NCBI RefSeq assembly: GCF_048593235.1
Contig: NC_133620.1
Span: 353,925,261-353,989,260, forward strand
Direction of reading: 5' to 3'
Length of the DNA stretch: 64,000 nucleotides
DNA from: Sminthopsis crassicaudata
Taxonomy: Eukaryota
Shown piece after piece: positions 38,807 to 58,779 of the stretch (positions are counted from its first letter, which is position 1; each line of letters opens with the position of its first letter). A model generated the notes under the pieces. It worked only from the letters and a program-made list of their open reading frames with translations. It was not told the origin of the DNA and did no database searches. The position numbers and the translations under genes are program-made.

Positions 38807-38812
38807 AATAAA
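38807..38812 (+). terminator. WNK4 polyadenylation signal
   Basis: First AATAAA after the stop, about 660 nt downstream. Confidence 0.6.
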
Positions 38813-39360
38813 AATATTGGAAATGAGTCTATTGGTCTGTCAGCCCTGCAGGGGATAGAGGGTGGGTGGAAGGGCCTAGCCTTACCAGTGAGGCAGGGGG
38901 GAATTAAAAAATCTTCTCACAATGGGGAGCAGAGGTGGACACCCAGCCTCTTGGCATTATGCCATCAGCAGCTTAATTTCAAGGTCAACCATCCACTCCA
39001 TCAATCTAACCTCTCTTCCAGCTCCCACCCTGGGCCTGCACAGGCAAGCTCAGAAAACTCTTGAGGGCTGGATGACCCCCATTCACCCTTCCATCCAGGG
39101 GTGGGGAAAAGGCTATTGTGAAGGCCCCAGGCAATGGAGGGAAAATGGAAATGAGGAGTGTGTTTGTGCATGAAGGATAGCTTAGCCACACACAGCCCAA
39201 TGATTTCCATGATCTTTACCTGCTAATCAGGTGAAGAGATCGCAGGAAAAGCCATTCTAGTTAAACATTCAAGTTTCCTTAGGGCAACGCGATTGGTAAA
39301 CCTTTCTGTTCTTCCCCCCCATTAAATTCACAGAGTTCTAGTACAAGAAGGATGATTCAC

Positions 39361-39366
39361 TTTATT
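39361..39366 (-). terminator. COA3 polyadenylation signal
   Basis: TTTATT on + (AATAAA on -), about 420 nt after the COA3 stop. Confidence 0.55.
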
Positions 39367-39784
39367 GTGAATCGGCCCTTGACCATCATTGCCAGTTTCA
39401 ACAAAGAAAAGAGTTACTTTTCTTATCTTCCTCTCTTCTCCCAACAACAGCTTTAAATCTTAGACAGAAAGAAGTTATGAAGACATGAAAAAGCTGGAGG
39501 TGACTTAAACTGCACCTCCTTTCTATTTTAACAATGGCTCAATTTGGGAGGGAAAGGAGAAAGAAGGAATAGGTGTCTCTATCAAATTGGCTGGACACAC
39601 AATTCCCAAAGCAGGGTGGAACTCCAAAACCAAATCACATCCCAAAGTCAGGCTGGCCCAAACACTCCTCATTCCCGTGGGAGTCTCCTTCTTGAAGGGG
39701 TGGGGAAGGAGAGAAGGTGGAAGCATCCCATTCTCATTTTGAAGAAGTTCCATCCAGAGTGGAGAGTCTGAGCACTCATTGGGT

Positions 39785-41521
39785 TTAGGGGGTACTGGTC
39801 CCAGCAGTTTTCACTCTAGCAGCTTTGGCCTTGTCTTCCAAGTCATCCAGGAAGCGCTCTTGGGACACTGAGTAGAATGTATAGCCATCTGGGAGTCGTG
39901 GCTCAGGAAAACCATGAGGAAATCAGAGCATGCCCCTCAATTTTCTTTCCCCAGCTTGTCCCAACTCCTCCTCCCAGTAGTCTTATGCTTTTTTTTTTTT
40001 TTTTTTTTTGCCTCCTTCAAGTGGTTCCCACACCATCCTGGAATTCAAACCACACCCCCACCCTGACCCTCAACATTCATACATGTTCGGTGTATTTGTT
40101 CTCTACCTGCAACCCTGATCCTAGCTCTTTTCTAGCTGTTCTCCTCTGTATATTAGTGGAAAAGAATAGCTTCTAACTCAGGAAAAGCTGGGCTCAAGCC
40201 TGGCAACAAACACACTGGCTTGTTAGCACAACAACAGTGTCTTGAGGTAGTACTGCATAATGGAGGGCAAGGCAGCCTCGGAGCCAGGGAGATATATGGG
40301 TTCAAGATTTGCTTGGCAAGTCACAGTCTCTGCACCGTAGAGCTCTAAGTGCTGACCTGCACTGGGAGTCTCCCCATCAGGGAATTCCCTAGACTCCAGC
40401 TGCTTTTTTTTCCCTCCTGAATTCAGTAGTATTTTATTTTTTCAATTACATGTAAAGATAGTTTTCAACATTCATTTTTTTTAAGATTTTGAGTTTCAAT
40501 TTCTTTCTTCCTGCCTAAGACAGCAATTTGATGTTATACATGTATAATCATTTAAAACATTTCTATAGTAGTCATTTTGTGGAAAAACAAAAAATCTGAA
40601 CAAAAGGGAAAAACCAGAAAAAGAAAAAAAGCAAACAAAAAAGGTTAAAAAATTACGTTTCAATTCACATTCTGTTTCCATAGTTGTTTCTCTGGATGCT
40701 GGTTAGACCCCAGCTTCTTATACAGTGGGTCATGATCCCATAAAGGGTCTCAACTGAATATGGGGATCAGTAAAATTATGATTTACTATCAATAAATATT
40801 TGATTTGTTCACCTATTTTATTATACCAATACACTCCATACAAACCAAAGGTGCCTGTAGCACCTGTTCTCCATGTATTCCTGGCGAGCAGAAAGCTCTA
40901 TCTGGGGACTGAAGAATTCAAATTCATCTTCGGAATTTGTGTGCTATTAGGCAATCAAACCTGTTGGCAAACAGATTTGCCTCAGTCTCCTCATCTATAA
41001 AATGGGGGCAATACTTGATCAAATGAGGTATTTGGGGGAAAGTTTTTAGCACTGTGTCAAGACACAAGGAAGGCGCTATAAAAATGTTAAGTTACCGCTA
41101 TTAACAAATTAGGTAATAATTGTTAATTATTATTAGGCAAGGCTAGGCTACTGTCTTGCACTGTGACCTTGGACAAATCATTGGCTCCCTCCGGAAGTTA
41201 AATGTGTCTGTTCGAATTCTAAGGCTCCCCCCGCTCCCTCTCTCTCCTTCCCCAGCCTCGGTTCTCTTTCTCCCCTCCCCTCCCCCAGCCTCCGTGACGG
41301 CGGATACAAATGGCCAACACGAGGGCCCCGATGCTCAGTCCGGTCAGGATGTTGCGACCTCGCCGCTGCGGAAGCGTTTTCTGCCACTGGGAGAGCTCCA
41401 CCTGCCTCATAAAGTGCAGCTGGGCCGGGCTCAGTTTGTCTCGCGCCGGGTCAATGCGCTGCGCTACGGGGGCCTTTCCGACCTCTGATCCCGCAGCTCC
41501 GCCAGCACTGGTATCGGCCAT
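39785..41521 (-). CDS. COA3: Cytochrome c oxidase assembly factor 3 (CCDC56), 2 exons, 105 aa
   Basis: Exons 41521-41308 and 39888-39785. [26 protein letters not shown]...[16 protein letters not shown]|[19 protein letters not shown]. Confidence 0.95.
40430..40700 (-). mobile_element. L1 3' UTR fragment in COA3 intron
   Basis: TTTCAATTACATGTAAAGATAGTTTTCAACATTC..., complementary in pattern to the L1 end at 57100-57340. Confidence 0.65.
40705..40840. mobile_element. Possible hAT/Charlie-like DNA transposon fragment
   Basis: GTGGGTCATGATCCCATAAAGGGTCTCAACTGAATATGGGGATCAGTAAAATTATGATTTA resembles a common marsupial MITE; from recall only. Confidence 0.4.
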
Positions 41522-41859
41522 CTCGCTCCTGGACCTATTCAAGAGCGGGTCAGAAACACGGCGCACGCCGGAAAGGACGGTAGCCCCTAGGTCGTCGTCG
41601 TCGCTGAGGATTCTGGTACTTGTAGTCTGGCTGACCTTTTCTTCGGAAGAATCCGAGATGAGGCGGAAGAGGGGCGGAGTGTGCTAGGCGCGCCCTCTGA
41701 TTGGCTGAAGCTCCCGTGGAGCCCGCGAGCTCGGCAGTTGAGACCTAGAAAAGCCGTTGGGAGCACGAGGCCGTTCATAAGCTGCGAAGTTTCTGAGAGT
41801 CTGGGGGGGAGGGGGGAAGGGGGTCGTTGTCGTCTGGAGGGTCTGCAGGGCAGCTGACT
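41522..41859. promoter_or_regulatory. Bidirectional CpG promoter COA3/CNTD1
   Basis: Only 338 bp between divergent ATGs; GGCGGAAG ETS core, GC box, GCGCGC, ATTGG (CCAAT) near 41700. Confidence 0.8.
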
Positions 41860-44800
41860 ATGGCTGGGGCCGCGGGGCCCAGAGCGTCGGCTTCCCTCTG
41901 CGACTTTAAGTTTGGCGCTGTGGACACGCAGACGATTGAAGACGCCCTGCTCCACCTAGCCCAAGAGAATGAGAGGGCGGTGCGGGAAGCCCGGGGGCAG
42001 GCGGGCAGCTTCAGGGAGACCCGGATCGTGGGTGTGGGCCCAGGACTGGGGGGAATGGGGTGTGTTGCGCACCCGAGGCACCAAAACACCCAACCTTGCC
42101 TCGAGGGCCTCAGCTCCTCCCCTTTTCCTTCTCTTACCCTCCTTTCCTCTCCCCCTCTTCTTCCGTTAGTCAGCAGAAAACCGAAGCCATTGCTCAGATC
42201 CTTAAGGTCCCAAAGCAAACTAGAAAACACAGTAGCGTTTTATTTTGGTTAAAATCTAGACATAATGTCTGAATTTTCATAGTCCACCAAGTCAAGATAC
42301 ATTTAACTGCATATGCCAAGCAATAGGGATACAGGAGATAATTGAATTAGTTTTCCACTGTCGGTAGCGATACCTGCGTGCTGCTGGTGGGATTTTGTGT
42401 GCTTGCCAGGATATTTTATGCAGGTGTGTTTATGTGCTAGAGGGTTGTGGGCTTGTCTTGGATTTACCACTGCACATTAGTCAAGAGAGATGGATTTCAG
42501 TGACGAGAGAGGTTTGGCTGCCGTACAGTTCTCTCTGCATGTATCTGACCATCTGCAGTCCCATGCTGATGGTCTTTTATGTATAACCCAGGGGTCCTGG
42601 AAAGCTCCTCTGTTGAGAACTGAGATTTTTCCTGGTTCCCACCCTATAATGGAATTGCAAGTTAAACAATTCCAACTGGGACTTTCCACTCAAAGGGAAA
42701 TATTGGAGGCTGTTAGGACTAGTCTTTACCAATTTATTAGTGAAGTTTTCAAAATCTGTCTATTTAACAACCCTACAATGAAAAACACACAATAAAACTT
42801 GGTGGGAGAGGGGCAGGAAGGAGGGAGGCAAGGAATTCAGTCATCTTAGTTCCACTTAACAGACTAGAGGAATCATGCCCATTATAAAGGGGGTGGAGTT
42901 AAGCTATGCATGCATGGGAAATCTCTAGAGGAAAGTTGCTGAAAAAAAATTGTCATCAGCAAGATTAAAATTCAAGAAAGCGGTTTTGGTTTTATATTAA
43001 ACTATAGGAATTGGGATTTCTTATCTATTCCAGAATTTCCCAGCAGTCAAGAATATGAGCAGGTAGAGGGTGGGAAGGGGGTAATGTGTATTGGTACCAA
43101 GCAAGAGTTCTTATCTGCTGAACCCTTGTCACCAAGGAGCTTGATCAGCTCTTGCTCTTGGCACACAAATCAGACTTCCCTTTTGTGCCTCTGATCAGTT
43201 TGTTGGCAGCAAAAGAAATTAGGCTCTGCCTTAGTTATTCTAGTCTCATCTTTCTCACCTTCTGACCCCCTAACTTGAGTCGCATCATGGTTTTTACACA
43301 ACACTGATAGTTCAGGGTGGTTAGGATTGCATCTTGTGATTCAGGCTTTTCTTTTCTATTTTGGCAGAGTTCATTTTTCTTCTGTCTGAACAATGGTGCC
43401 TGGAAAAATCCGTGAGCTACCAGGCAGTAGAAATCCTAGAAAGGTAAAGTCCTGGGCATGAGGGCTTTGCAACTAGGTAGCTCTGATTAACTAATGTGCT
43501 CACCACTGTTGAAATGGTACCTTGGCATTGCTCCTGAGTTCCTTTACTTTAGTGTTAACCAAGTCTTAAATTGATATTGGTGAGACTAAGATGCAGCAAT
43601 CTAAGGAACAAATGCTCCCTCTGGAATGTGTGGAAGACTAGATTGTTTACTCCTGTCCTCCCTCCCACTCCTGTAGGTTCATGGTTAAGCAAGCAGAAAG
43701 CATCTGCAACCAAGCAGCACCTGTGGTGAGAGGGAATGAGAAAGCAGAGCCCTGGAGCTGGAGGGCCCAGAAAGAACAGCTCTGTAATACATTTGTACTT
43801 CGACTTGTGTCATGTGTTCAGCTGGCAAGCAAACTTTCCTTCCACTACAAAGTAAGGAATTGGTCTTATTCTTTCCACCTTCACAGCACTGTGCTCAAAA
43901 GCTGACCTGTGGGCAACTAGATAGGAATAAATTAAAGTTTTCTACCAGGCAGCTCTGAGACACCCACCCCTAGCCTCGGTGATTCTATTCATATGGAAAC
44001 TCCAGAGTACAATTACACCTCCTAAGCACCTCTACTAAACACAGCTGTTATAACTGGCAATCTTGTTCTTAAGAGTATAATAGCTGGATTAATGCCATCA
44101 TATAAGTATACAGACAGGTCACCTTTCCTCCCTTTTGGACTCAAGGACAGTTTGCATAAGGTGCCTGAATAGTCAACATACTTAAATTATCATTAAAGGT
44201 AAGATTTATAAAAAGGAAAGTAGCTCTGGGCATTAGATTTGGAATTGGAAAGAGTTCAGATTCTATCTCAATTGCTCTCTGAACTCTAAACTGATTTCCT
44301 CATCTCAAATTTTTCTAGCTCCAAATCTATGATCTTATGCTGGTATTACTCTCCCCACCCCCAGTGTTTGTAACAAACCCCCAACTTATTAGAAAATCCT
44401 TTTTCTGTCCCCTCTCCCTCTTTTCTTTATTCAGATAGTCAGCAATGTTACAGTCCTTAATTTCCTCCAGGCTCTGGGGTACCTTTATACTAAAGAAGAA
44501 CTACTGGAGTCAGAACTTGCCATTCTGAAGTCTTTAAACTTCCAAATCAATCTACCTACTCCTTTGGCGTATGTGGAGATGCTCCTAGAAGTTTTAGGTA
44601 TATCATTCAAGAGATATCTTGGTGAAAATTAGACAAGCACAGTAGCCATGAAAGGCCAAATATAACTTGAAACTTCTCTACTAGAAGCATTTGTGCCTTC
44701 CAGGGCTCTCGATTGACTGAACAAAGGAGAAAAGCAACATCTTGAGTGCTATGCTTAGTAGTTTGGCAGCCAGGAAGGGGAGGGGGCAGTAATTGGCTTG

Positions 44801-46781
44801 GTGGGTTTTGGCTTTTTTTCTTGGAGTGCAATTCTGGAAGGACATTAGTCCTTATAGCTAACTTCTACTTAGAACCACTAAAAAACCCCAATTTTACCTT
44901 TGACAAATATCCAATCCACTGAAACAAGTCTACAGAAGAACTTAGTTACTAGGAAGAGTGGTAGCCTAATAACTTAAAACGTACTACCCTGATTTGTTAG
45001 GGATATGACCACATCCCTGGTAAACTATTTCCTTTGATGGAGGGACAAATGTAGAGACTTAACACTCTCCATACCCCATGCAGGGTATAATGGCTGTTTG
45101 GTCTCAGCCAAACAGCTGCATGGAACCTGCCTGACATTGCTTGACTTGGTCTATCTCCTGCATGAGCCTATCTATGAAAGTCTGCTGAGGGCAACAATTG
45201 AGAACTCTACTCCTATGGAGCAGGGGTAAGGTACTTCTTAAGGATTTACAAATAATGTGAGCAGTGTTCTGACAAGGACTTGAGTGGGTGAGACTCGGTA
45301 AAGCCAACTAATTTGTCCCCTCACTTTGGTATATAGTCATAATGAATTTGTTCACATAAACTTGTAATTTATGATCTTAAAATGTTTTGATGTAGCAAGT
45401 TTAACCCAATCAAAACCCAAAAGACTTTGAAGATTTTAAAATATTTAAATGAACTTGTCATTAACTAACTCGTGATCACATGTTGGGGTGCTTGGGCTGT
45501 TTTCAGAAAGAGAAAACATACAAAACAAACCAGTCATAAGGTTGCAGGTTTGACATAAGTGCCTGATTACTGTAAAGGCAGATGAGAGAAGCCCCACAAA
45601 TGTGTGGTTGTAACAGACGGGAACACAAAAGGCCAGTAAATCAAATAACACATGAAGTTCATGTTTCATCCTGGTTGGGAGGAAGCTACCTCCGAGATAA
45701 CCAGCTAGCTGGTTCCATCATTTCTTTCCATGAGAGTAATCTTATCAAATAATATAAATAAATTTCCACAACCAAATAACTTGGGCAACTCTCACCTTAG
45801 TTATAAAACTGAACTGTGATTTTAATTTTTCAGGGGAAAATTTTTATCAGTGAAAGAAGACTTCATGCTTTTGGCAGTTGGGATCATTGCAGCCAGTGCT
45901 TTCATCCAAAACCAGGAGTGGTGGGTCCAGGTATGCATTACTATGTGACATCATTATCAAATTCAACTAATAAAAAGCATTCCACAGTCAATTAAAGGGA
46001 AAGGCAGATTTAACTTCACCAGAAATAAGTGCCAAAGCCTAGCACAAGACAGATCAGTGTGCCAAGACAAATGGGCAGTAGAGAACTACATTTGGGGTTA
46101 GGTTGCTGATTAAAGCATTTTTAACTTTTTAACAAAGCAAAGTTGAAAATGCTTTGAAAAGGTACGTACTCTGGTCAAATATCTTGAGTATTCTTCTAAA
46201 AATGGGGGAAATTTATACCCTGGATGAGGCATGGAGTGAGTTAAGTCTCTACATTTGTCCCTCCCATCAAAAGAAATACTTTATCAGGGATATGATCATT
46301 TCCCTATCAGGAGTTATTAGTTATTAGGCTACCACTCTTCCTAGTAATTAATGTTCCTCAGACTAATATCTTTAAAAGTCAATCATATACCAAGTTTGAA
46401 GTGCTAAGTGTTAAGAACTATCTCAATTTTTAGCTCTGATAAATATAATTTGGATCCAACCTTCCAAAAAAAAAAAAAAAAAAAAATCAGAGGAACAGAA
46501 AGATTTAATTAGCATTTGATTCTAGAGGCTGTCCAGAAAAATTTACACTTGTATAATCTGTCAAGATGATTCAGAAAAACTTGCTGCTTCTATGTCTCTC
46601 TTTCTCTGAGGTTGTGGAGTACTTACACAGTATCACTGGCATTGCTACTGAAAGTATTGCTGAGTTTTCATATGCAATCCTGACTCACTCTGTAGGAGCC
46701 AGCACCCCAGTTCGACAGCAACCTGACCTGCACCATCTGGCAGTCAGACCACTGAGAGCTGCTGCCACCTGCAACATGTGA
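41860..46781 (+). CDS. CNTD1: Cyclin N-terminal domain-containing 1 (meiotic crossover factor), 7 exons, 331 aa
   Basis: Exons 41860-42031, 43368-43443, 43677-43851, 44435-44597, 45084-45225, 45834-45930, 46611-46781. TIEDALLHLAQ, LSEQWCLEKSVSYQAVEILERF, LRLVSCVQLASKLS, EDFMLLAVGIIAASAF. Confidence 0.95.
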
Positions 46782-47485
46782 GCCTGACTGTGAGTTTCTA
46801 GAATATCATCAGACTCTCGGGTCATGACCACTTTTACCCCCAAATCTATTTAAGGTCAAAACCTAGTCAAGACTCTAGGCCATGACTTTTTCCATCCCCA
46901 ATTTATTTAATCTAATAATCTAGTACAGAAAAAAAGCTCAGAAATATCTTAGGTCTTGCAAGTTTGATTTTATGTTACCATTTTTTGTTTGCTAATCTAA
47001 AGAGAAAAAGGGTTAATGTGGATATATTTTAACTTGGTAAAAATAAATGGGGAAGGAGGGAGAAGAAGAATGCTAGGATGAAATGTTTTCTCTTCAGATG
47101 TGATTTCTTGGTAAAAATAAAATGAATCCAAAACAAAGAATATGACTAGGAAGAAAAAAAGACTCCAAACTCAGGTGACCTTGACTTACAGGCCATTAAC
47201 ATGTTTTTGTCCCAAATATCTCAGTCCAAGTACATTCTCATTTGAGGATGGGACCTTTGCCCACTCCTTTGAAATAAGCAAACACACACACTAGCTCCCC
47301 AGAATTAGCTATTTTCAGTCTACTTTAAATGACTAAAAATACAAAATTTTTGACATGTCCCAACCTTTTTTTACATAGCTACATGTGTTTGGTTTTTTTC
47401 TAGAATACCAAGTATTTTATTTATAGGATAGTTTTTTTTTAAACAATCAGTGCACCTCAGCACAGTAATAGACTGCAGCAAATCT

Positions 47486-47491
47486 TTTATT
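47486..47491 (-). terminator. BECN1 polyadenylation signal
   Basis: AATAAA on - about 580 nt after the stop, followed by a GT/T-rich tract. Confidence 0.55.
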
Positions 47492-48067
47492 AAGAATTAT
47501 ATATCTTCATAATGCCCCAAACATTATTAAAGTCTGTTCCATGTCTCTCTCTCTTCTGCCTTGTGTGTGTTGGCACACAGCAGATAGGCAATAAGCACTA
47601 AACTTTGAGAAAGAATTAAGTTTCAAGCTTCCAATCACATCATGTGGCCTCTGGGCCACATGTGACATTTTCCCATGTTACTTAACATTACATACAATTC
47701 ATTCCTCTTAATATTCATATTTAAAAAACTATGCTGAATATGACTATAAGGGAAAGAGAATCCGTTGATAATCACTCAACTTAGGCTTTTTATGAAAGCA
47801 ATCTTTTTTTGTTTTGAAGGACATTAGAAAGTTGTGAAATGGACTAGTGGAGAGTTATTTATACACATTGTTACTGCTCTGTACACTACTGCAATAGAAT
47901 GTTATTCTTTTAAAATAAAGTGGCTTTGTGGATTTTCCTTTTTGGTACTGTAAACATGTTGTACTGTTTAATATTGAATGAATTTATAACATTTCTGCCA
48001 ATAAAACATTCCAAAGCCATTAAGGCAGAAGACTCCCTCACTCTCATGGAGGAAAAAAATGAAAAAG

Positions 48068-55613
<7,546 letters not shown>

Positions 55614-55859
55614 CCCTGAGGGGACCCGGCTGTAGATCAGCGTGGGGTAGGGGTTCCCGGGGGCGCTTCTCTGGCCTAGGATTCTCACTCCAGCCCTCTA
55701 CCCCAGGATTCCAAGGAGTTTCCAGTCCCAGGGCCCGGGAGCCCACTCTTGGCCGAGGTGCAGAAACACGAACTAGGCGACGGCGGGGTCGAGGCCGGTC
55801 TCGCCCCAGGGTCAGGGCCCCAGACTAGGACCACCGCCGCCGCCTCCTCACCTCTGCGT

Positions 55860-56110
55860 TCCAGAATCTGCTGACCAGGCCAGGACGAGTAGGGCCTACC
55901 GCGGCGGCACCTTCACACCTCCAGCGCTCTCCAAGATTCCGGTCTCCCCGACCCCCATCGCCCACAGCCCAGATATCTCGGCCCTCTCTTACTTCCCGGT
56001 TCACTGGGCGGGACTTCCGCCCTTCAAAGGATGTGACGGAGGACTCGAAGACCAATCTCAGGCTTCGGCTCTTCGTTAACAGAGAGAGGAGCGCGACAGC
56101 GGCCTCCACA
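55860..56110 (-). promoter_or_regulatory. BECN1 CpG-island promoter / non-coding exon 1
   Basis: CpG-dense; ETS cores ACTTCCCGG (55991) and ACTTCCG (56013-56019); GGGCGG box. Confidence 0.7.
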
Positions 56111-56724
56111 GCTAGATTTAAGAACTGCAGTTAAGTCCATAGACCAGCCCAAGAGTTGCGGGAAAGCACAAGAGCCGGAGGGTAGGAAAATGGAGCAATT
56201 GAAAATTCCTGAATTCTTCTGATGCAGATGCTGAATCCCAGCATCTTCAACCTTAAATGAACCAAATTCCTTCAGACTTTCCTGAGATGTCAGGGTTGAA
56301 GTCAGAGGAATAGATTTTGGAGCCACAGAATCTGAGTTGGAATACTGCTTCTGCTATTCATGACCTGTGTGACCTTGGGTAAATCACACCCTTTCTGGAC
56401 CTTTTCATCAATTATAAACTGAGAGATTTTGGCCTGGATAGTCACTGAGGACCTAAATTCATGATTCTGGGAGAGCAGGAAAATAAAGTTTAACTTTTCA
56501 ACAATGAATGCTTGAAAAAAGAAAAAAAACTACAAGCTATTTAGGAAGATAGAAAGTGAGTTTAGGTCTGAGTATAAGCAGTTGTATTATTGAAAGGATT
56601 ATTAGATATGTATTGGACTAGATGCAGTCCATTCCAATTTAGATTCTATGATCTGAAACTCCCTGGCAGAAAAGAGCATAAAACAGATCTAAAAATTTTG
56701 AACTATTCCAACCATTCTGTAAAG

Positions 56725-57345
56725 CAAATTTGGAACAATAGCTATAAAACTGTGCTGTTCCCTTTGATCCAGCAGTGTTACTGCTGGGTTTGTATTCCAA
56801 AGAGGTCATAAAAAGGAGAAAAAGGACTCACACATGCAAATGTTTGTAGCAGTTCTTTCTGTAGTGGCAAAGAATTGGAAATTGAGGAGATACCCAATAA
56901 TTGGGAATGGCTGAACAAATTGTGGTATGTGATTGTGATGAAATACTATAAGAAATTTCTGTGAACTGATGCTGACTGAGGTGAGCAGAACCAGAACAAG
57001 GAAACAGCAACATTGTGCAATAATCAACTACATGTGGACTTAGCTCTTCTCAACAATACAATGATCCAAGACAATTCCAAAAGACTCATGATGGAAGAAT
57101 TTCAAAGAAAGAACTATGGAGTCTGAATGCAGAACAAAGCATATTTTTCTTCTTTCTTGTAGTTTTCCCTTTTTGTTCCAATTCTTCCTTCACAAAATGA
57201 TTAATGTGGAAATGTTTAACCTATATCAGATTGCTTTCTCTCTTAAGGAGAGTGGAAGGGAGAGAGGGAAGGAGAAAGATTTTGAACTCAAAATCTCATA
57301 AGAATTAATTTATATGTAATTGGGAAAACACTATTAAGCAGGGGG
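56725..57345 (+). mobile_element. L1 ORF2 end and 3' UTR fragment
   Basis: CCCTTTGATCCAGCAGTGTTACTGCTGGG...GTTTGTAGCAG...GTGGCAAAGAATTGGAAA...AACAAATTGTGGTAT, classic L1 3' sequence. Confidence 0.8.
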
Positions 57346-57439
57346 AAAAAATCTACAGTGTTAGTACTTTGGGCATAGTAGTCTGTCTTCTATGAGAGAC
57401 CCTTAATGAAAGTAGTCCTACACCTTTACTCCCAGTGAC

Positions 57440-57815
57440 ATACTCTTTTATCCAGTGACTTTAGCCTCTTTGTCATCCAACAAAAAAGACACTCTCAGCT
57501 TCAGGAATTTTCTTTGCTCCCTTCCCTATGCTCAAATGTTCTCTCTCCTTATTTCTGCCACTAGTTTTAAGTACAACAAAAATCCTATCTTCTACAGGGA
57601 ACCTTTCCCAACTTTTCTTAATTCTAGTGCCTTTTTTCTCAATTATTTCCTATTCTTCCTGCATATAGCTTGTTTGTACATATTTACCTGTTATCTTGTG
57701 TTACATTGTGAACTTTAGGGCAGGGACTGTTTTTTGTTTCTTTCTGTATCCCTAATATTTAGAACAATGCCTGACACATGGTAGGATTTGATAAATAGTT
57801 ACTGACCAATTGACA
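57440..57815 (+). mobile_element. L2 3' end
   Basis: GGGCAGGGACTG...TTTCTGTATCCCTAATATTTAGAACAATGCCTGACACATGGTAGG. Confidence 0.6.
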
Positions 57816-58154
57816 AGAGCACTCAGGAATGAGTACCTTATGGGGTGTCAAGGAGGGCTGAATTTGACTGGGGGAAAAAACCCTAACAACCACCCTGGGT
57901 TCACATCCAGCTGAGAAACCCTGAACAATTAACTTTTTTCTAAACCTGTACCTTCACTCTTAAAATAGTATAATCATAGGGGTTGTATTCAACCGGCTAT
58001 AAAATAAAGCTAACTCTTTACACCTTTCTTTCCGCTAAATATGAATAATAAGTTAACAGCAGCTGAATTTGAACTCACTTCCCTCACTCCAAATCTACTA
58101 AGAAAAGACAACATGGGTTGTAGAGTCAAACAGTGCAACTTCTCTGTCCTCAAA

Positions 58155-58333
58155 NNNNNNNNNNNNNNNNNNNNNNNNNNNNNNNNNNNNNNNNNNNNNN
58201 NNNNNNNNNNNNNNNNNNNNNNNNNNNNNNNNNNNNNNNNNNNNNNNNNNNNNNNNNNNNNNNNNNNNNNNNNNNNNNNNNNNNNNNNNNNNNNNNNNNN
58301 NNNNNNNNNNNNNNNNNNNNNNNNNNNNNNNNN
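58155..58333. other. Assembly gap (N run)
   Basis: 179 N. Confidence 0.99.
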
Positions 58334-58779
58334 CTCTCTTCTGACACAAGGTCTAGCTCAAAAACATTGAGGTTTCTCCAGTGCAAAGTAATCTGCTTCT
58401 AGGTGCTTGAGATTAAACAAAAAAAAAGAGAGAGAGAGAAGACCCTTGACACCCTCATAGAGGTTAGTCAAGTGGGGCGTAAGACCTAAATATCGATAAC
58501 TGTACTAAACATTAAAGAAGGAAGTATATTTCAGAGTGACAGAATAAAGAGCTGAGGGAGAAATCCAAGGAGAATGACTTCGATGGCGGGGGCCCTACAC
58601 TTGCTAGAGAGGGTGTGGTCTCGTTTGTGGCTCGACCCACTGCAGGCGTCAGTTTCTTTATCTGTAAAAGCAGCACGGCGGCGTAGGCATTGGACGAGAT
58701 CATCTCCCACATTCCCTTTGTAATCCAACTTTCTCAATCTATTGGTGATGATGGGCCTATCGCTGTCTGCAAGAGGCTC

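Noticed and set aside
44598-44606. CNTD1 intron 4 donor GTATATC as a U12 site
   Set aside because: Lacks the CC at +5/+6, and the acceptor has an ordinary pyrimidine tract.
58041-58402. ORFs spanning the N run
   Set aside because: Artefacts of the assembly gap.
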